A DNA stretch of 23,706 bases. It comes from Vermamoeba vermiformis (lineage: Eukaryota). A program made the translations under genes and the position numbers. Under the pieces are notes generated by a model, which was not told the origin of the DNA, searched no databases, and worked only from the letters and a program-made list of their open reading frames with translations. The DNA is taken from the NCBI GenBank assembly GCA_045837725.1, contig JBEWZL010000106.1, forward strand, positions 62,001 to 85,706, given 5' to 3'. The number at the start of each line of letters is the position of its first letter. Position 1 is the stretch's first letter. Shown here one piece after another: positions 20,617-23,706 of the stretch.

Positions 20617-23561
20617 ATGAGTGGTAAGACTTAAATCGGTTATAATATTCGTATAAAATATTTTTATCACCTTGGTATTATTTATTTCGCTCAATTTTGC
20701 GTTGTAATGAAAATAGATTTTTAAAGACTAATCCGTTCAAATCCGAAATTAATTCAAATAATTGTAGGTAAAAGTAATGCCCTTCAAGGATGCGATTTTT
20801 TTATTGCAGGTATGTATCATTACCTCCAATTTTCAACGAGCGATAAAAAATATCGTTGATAAAGTTCAGAACTTTCTTAGCCGACAGATCCAGCGATAAT
20901 TTAAAATAATACTCGTTATATTCCTTATATTAATCTAAATGCACAAGCAAATAGCTAAACCCTCAAATAATCAAATTTGAACAGGGATCGAGTGTTCAAT
21001 GAAAATTTATTTCTTTCAAATTGCGATAATTAACTTTTATTATTTTTAGGCACATTAACGAACCCTGCAAATTTTGAAGCACGAGAGATCATTGCTGCAA
21101 ACGGAGGTCGAAATGCTGAATCCTTAGGCCGAAACGTAAGTAACTTTTCTATGCCTTAGTTACTAATATTAATATTATAATTATATCGATTATATATAGT
21201 ACTACAATACTCATATTATTTATAGGTTCGGTTCGTTATTTCGACGGAAGACATGGCGGATGTGTATCACAACACGTACAAATTGCAGTTCTTCCCTACT
21301 TTCAAAGTAAGAATTATTGCAATTATCCATATATAGTAACTAACCACTCGATGCTATTTTTAGGAACAAATCGAGCAAGCACATATGTGGAACATTCCTA
21401 TTGTCACTTTTGAGTTTGTCGCTCAATCTATTGCTAAAGGCTCATTGGTCGGTCATCAGCCTTATATTATTAAAGCCTTAGTAGTCGTAAGTATATTATT
21501 ATATTAATCATAATGATAATATACCTTGGTACCTATAGTACCAGATCTGGACCTTTTTCGCCTTTTTTCGTTAGAGATTATACAGGATAGATTAATAAGC
21601 CTATTTTAATATGAAAATTAATTTTGCATTAATTTTGCAGGATTTGGAATCTAAATTCAAGATTAACTCGTCAGTGCCGTCAGATCTGCCTCCCGTAAGT
21701 CTTCTTATCAAAAACCATCTCGGTCTTTTATTCACAGACTTTCCTTTTATAGAAAGTGCAAGAACTGATCAAGACGTTGTTCGATGAAAAAGAAATGGAT
21801 CGATCGTTAGTGGACATGGGTCTCGACGTCAGAAAAATCAAGTTGATCGATCAGACCAAAATTTCATCCGCGTACAAAGTATTGCAAGAAATTGAAGCAA
21901 AGTTACAACCTGCAGTCGGACAGACCCCTCAACAACATCAGAATGAGTAAGTATTTAACCCATATAGATCCTTAATAGGGCCGTTACAATTCGTCAAAGT
22001 GCGGATCCCACGCGTAATTCGGATCCGACTTTCAAGCGAGAATACATTATTTGGTGTTATAAACATAATAGTAATGATATTAATATGCTTCTTAAACAGA
22101 TTACAAGCCTTGTCGAACAAATTCTTCGATTTGATCCCGCACTCGGGTGCACCTTCGCCGATCAAGACCGTCGATTCTATCAAAGACAAGAGCGCTTTGT
22201 TGGGCGTAAGTATCAAATAGCCACATCCTTAGCATAATACTATTGCTATTAAATTGTTGCAATGCTTACGTACGCTTTTGACACGTGTCAAACATCGACC
22301 TGTCAATTATTCTACCTACAAGCTGACGGCATTTGCAAGACCTTAATAATAAGATAGTTTATAGTAACTAAAAGTATACTATATTTAGGCATTGACTGAT
22401 ATCGAGATCGCGCAACGACTGATGAGACAGACTGACTCGACCAATCTGAACATGAACCCCATCGACGTCAATTATCGTAAACTTCGTGCCAAGATTGTCG
22501 AATTGGCTTCTTATCGTGCGGAATATCAGCTTATTAAACAGTAAGTATTCTCATGAGAGAAAAATTGTACTTCGAATCATCACTTTGACACCTATTTTTT
22601 CACCTTATGACTGCGATATTATGGTCATAAGTAATATGGTATAACAATAGGTCCCGAGCATATACTAATCATGCGGTTTTTAGGATGGTCGAGAACACTC
22701 AATCAAAGAACTTTAAATGGAAAGTTGAGGTCGATGACGTGTTCGAAGTCGAGCGTGAAGGCGAAAAAGAACGTTTCAGACCCTTCCAAAAGTTACCTCA
22801 TCACAGACTCTTGTGGCACGGATCTAGGTACGAAATTTCGCTTGTTCATGAACGACACAAATCTCAAAAATAATCTCCCGCTTTGTTAAATTGACTTTGC
22901 AATATCGATCAATAATGTCATTCTAACGATCATTTTGACCGTAGATTGCCGAACTACATTGGTATTTTGTCGCAAGGTCTTCGAATTGCCCCGCCTGAGG
23001 CACCCGTGACTGGTTACTTCTTGGGCAAAGGAATTTACTTCGCGGACATGGTCTCCGTGTCATCACAGTACTGCAAGGCTACAAAGGAGCGTCCTTACGG
23101 ATATTTATTGCTCTGCGATGTCGCGCTCGGCCGTGCATTCCAATGCGCACACGGAAAGTTCATCTCGAAGGAAGACTTAGAACCAGCTGGTTTCCACTCA
23201 GTCAAGTGTTGGGGTACTAAGGGTCCCGACGCTGGTTATGACGTGCAAGGGTAAGTCATTTTGATCATGTGATACCGAGCATACGGGTCTTCAAAATGCT
23301 CTAACAAGATCCACATCCACTCTGTCGAATGTGATTCTTTAAAATATCACATTAGTTCTTTATATATTAATATTACTATTATTTAGATTCGACGGTATGG
23401 TTGTATCATTGGGCAAAGAGGCTGCTACAGGTGTGCCAGTGAGCGAGTTGATCCACAACGAAATTGTCGTGTACGATCCAGCGCAGGTGAACATTCGTTA
23501 CATAATCAAGCTCAACTTTAAGTTCCCCGAGGGCGATGATATTTTGAACTTCTTTGACTAA
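20617..23561 (+). CDS. Poly(ADP-ribose) polymerase family protein: BRCT, PARP regulatory (HD) and catalytic ART domains; no WGR or zinc fingers
   Basis: Micro-exon ATGAGTG at 20617-20623. [114 protein letters not shown] (H-Y-E triad). TAA at 23559-23561. Confidence 0.95.
22277..22292. repeat. Palindrome TTTGACACGTGTCAAA (16 bp), copy 5 (PARP intron 22206-22388)
   Basis: Perfect 16-bp palindrome containing the 12-mer. Confidence 0.9.
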
Positions 23562-23706
23562 ACGTTCGGCTGGCGGTGTTGCGATAGATCTGATCAAAAA
23601 ATATAGTGGCCGCGCATAGCCGCCTGATTGCACATTTGTATGAATAAAAGGATAGTTAATCCAATGTTTTTTCGCTGCATTTTGTCGTAATCTTTCCTAA
23701 TTTGGA

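Noticed and set aside
23406-23633. 75-aa minus-strand ORF
   Set aside because: Antisense to the last PARP exon and 3' UTR.
1-23706. Prokaryotic operon, defence island or CRISPR interpretation
   Set aside because: All genes are interrupted by spliceosomal introns and most are eukaryote-specific. There are no regularly spaced repeats; the palindromes are dispersed, not arrayed.
1-23706. Alternative genetic code or stop-codon readthrough to explain fragmented ORFs
   Set aside because: The in-frame stops I traced fall in introns; spliced models read through with the standard code and use TAA, TAG and TGA as stops.

Overview
Gene-dense, intron-rich eukaryotic genomic DNA with AT-rich GT-AG introns (mostly ~50-250 nt) and CTAAY/TTAAC-type branch sites. 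Gene content and style suggest an amoebozoan-like protist (inference, not established). Manual splicing gives nine protein-coding genes: (1) an unrecognised signal-peptide, Cys-containing type I membrane protein running off the left edge (-); (2) an F-box plus 27-aa ankyrin-like repeat protein of the type expanded in amoebal giant viruses (-), probably with a GC-AG intron; (3) a bacterial-type MefA/EntS-like MFS transporter (+); (4) a RasGEF (-); (5) splicing factor YJU2/CCDC94 (-); (6) a mitochondrial CoA-type carrier (+); (7) a myristoylatable TLDc protein, MEAK7-like (+); (8) a TTLL10-like ligase (-); (9) a BRCT-HD-ART PARP (+). Main leads: five perfect copies of the palindrome TGACACGTGTCA, four of them intronic; a WGR-less PARP with natural changes at PARP1 acceptor-site positions (M890F, K903V, Y986H equivalents), head-to-head with a TTLL10-like enzyme whose E-x-N motif is E-F-T; and sequence shared between introns of the TTLL gene. 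I found no rRNA, tRNA, CRISPR or autonomous transposon. All models are by eye; no searches were run.
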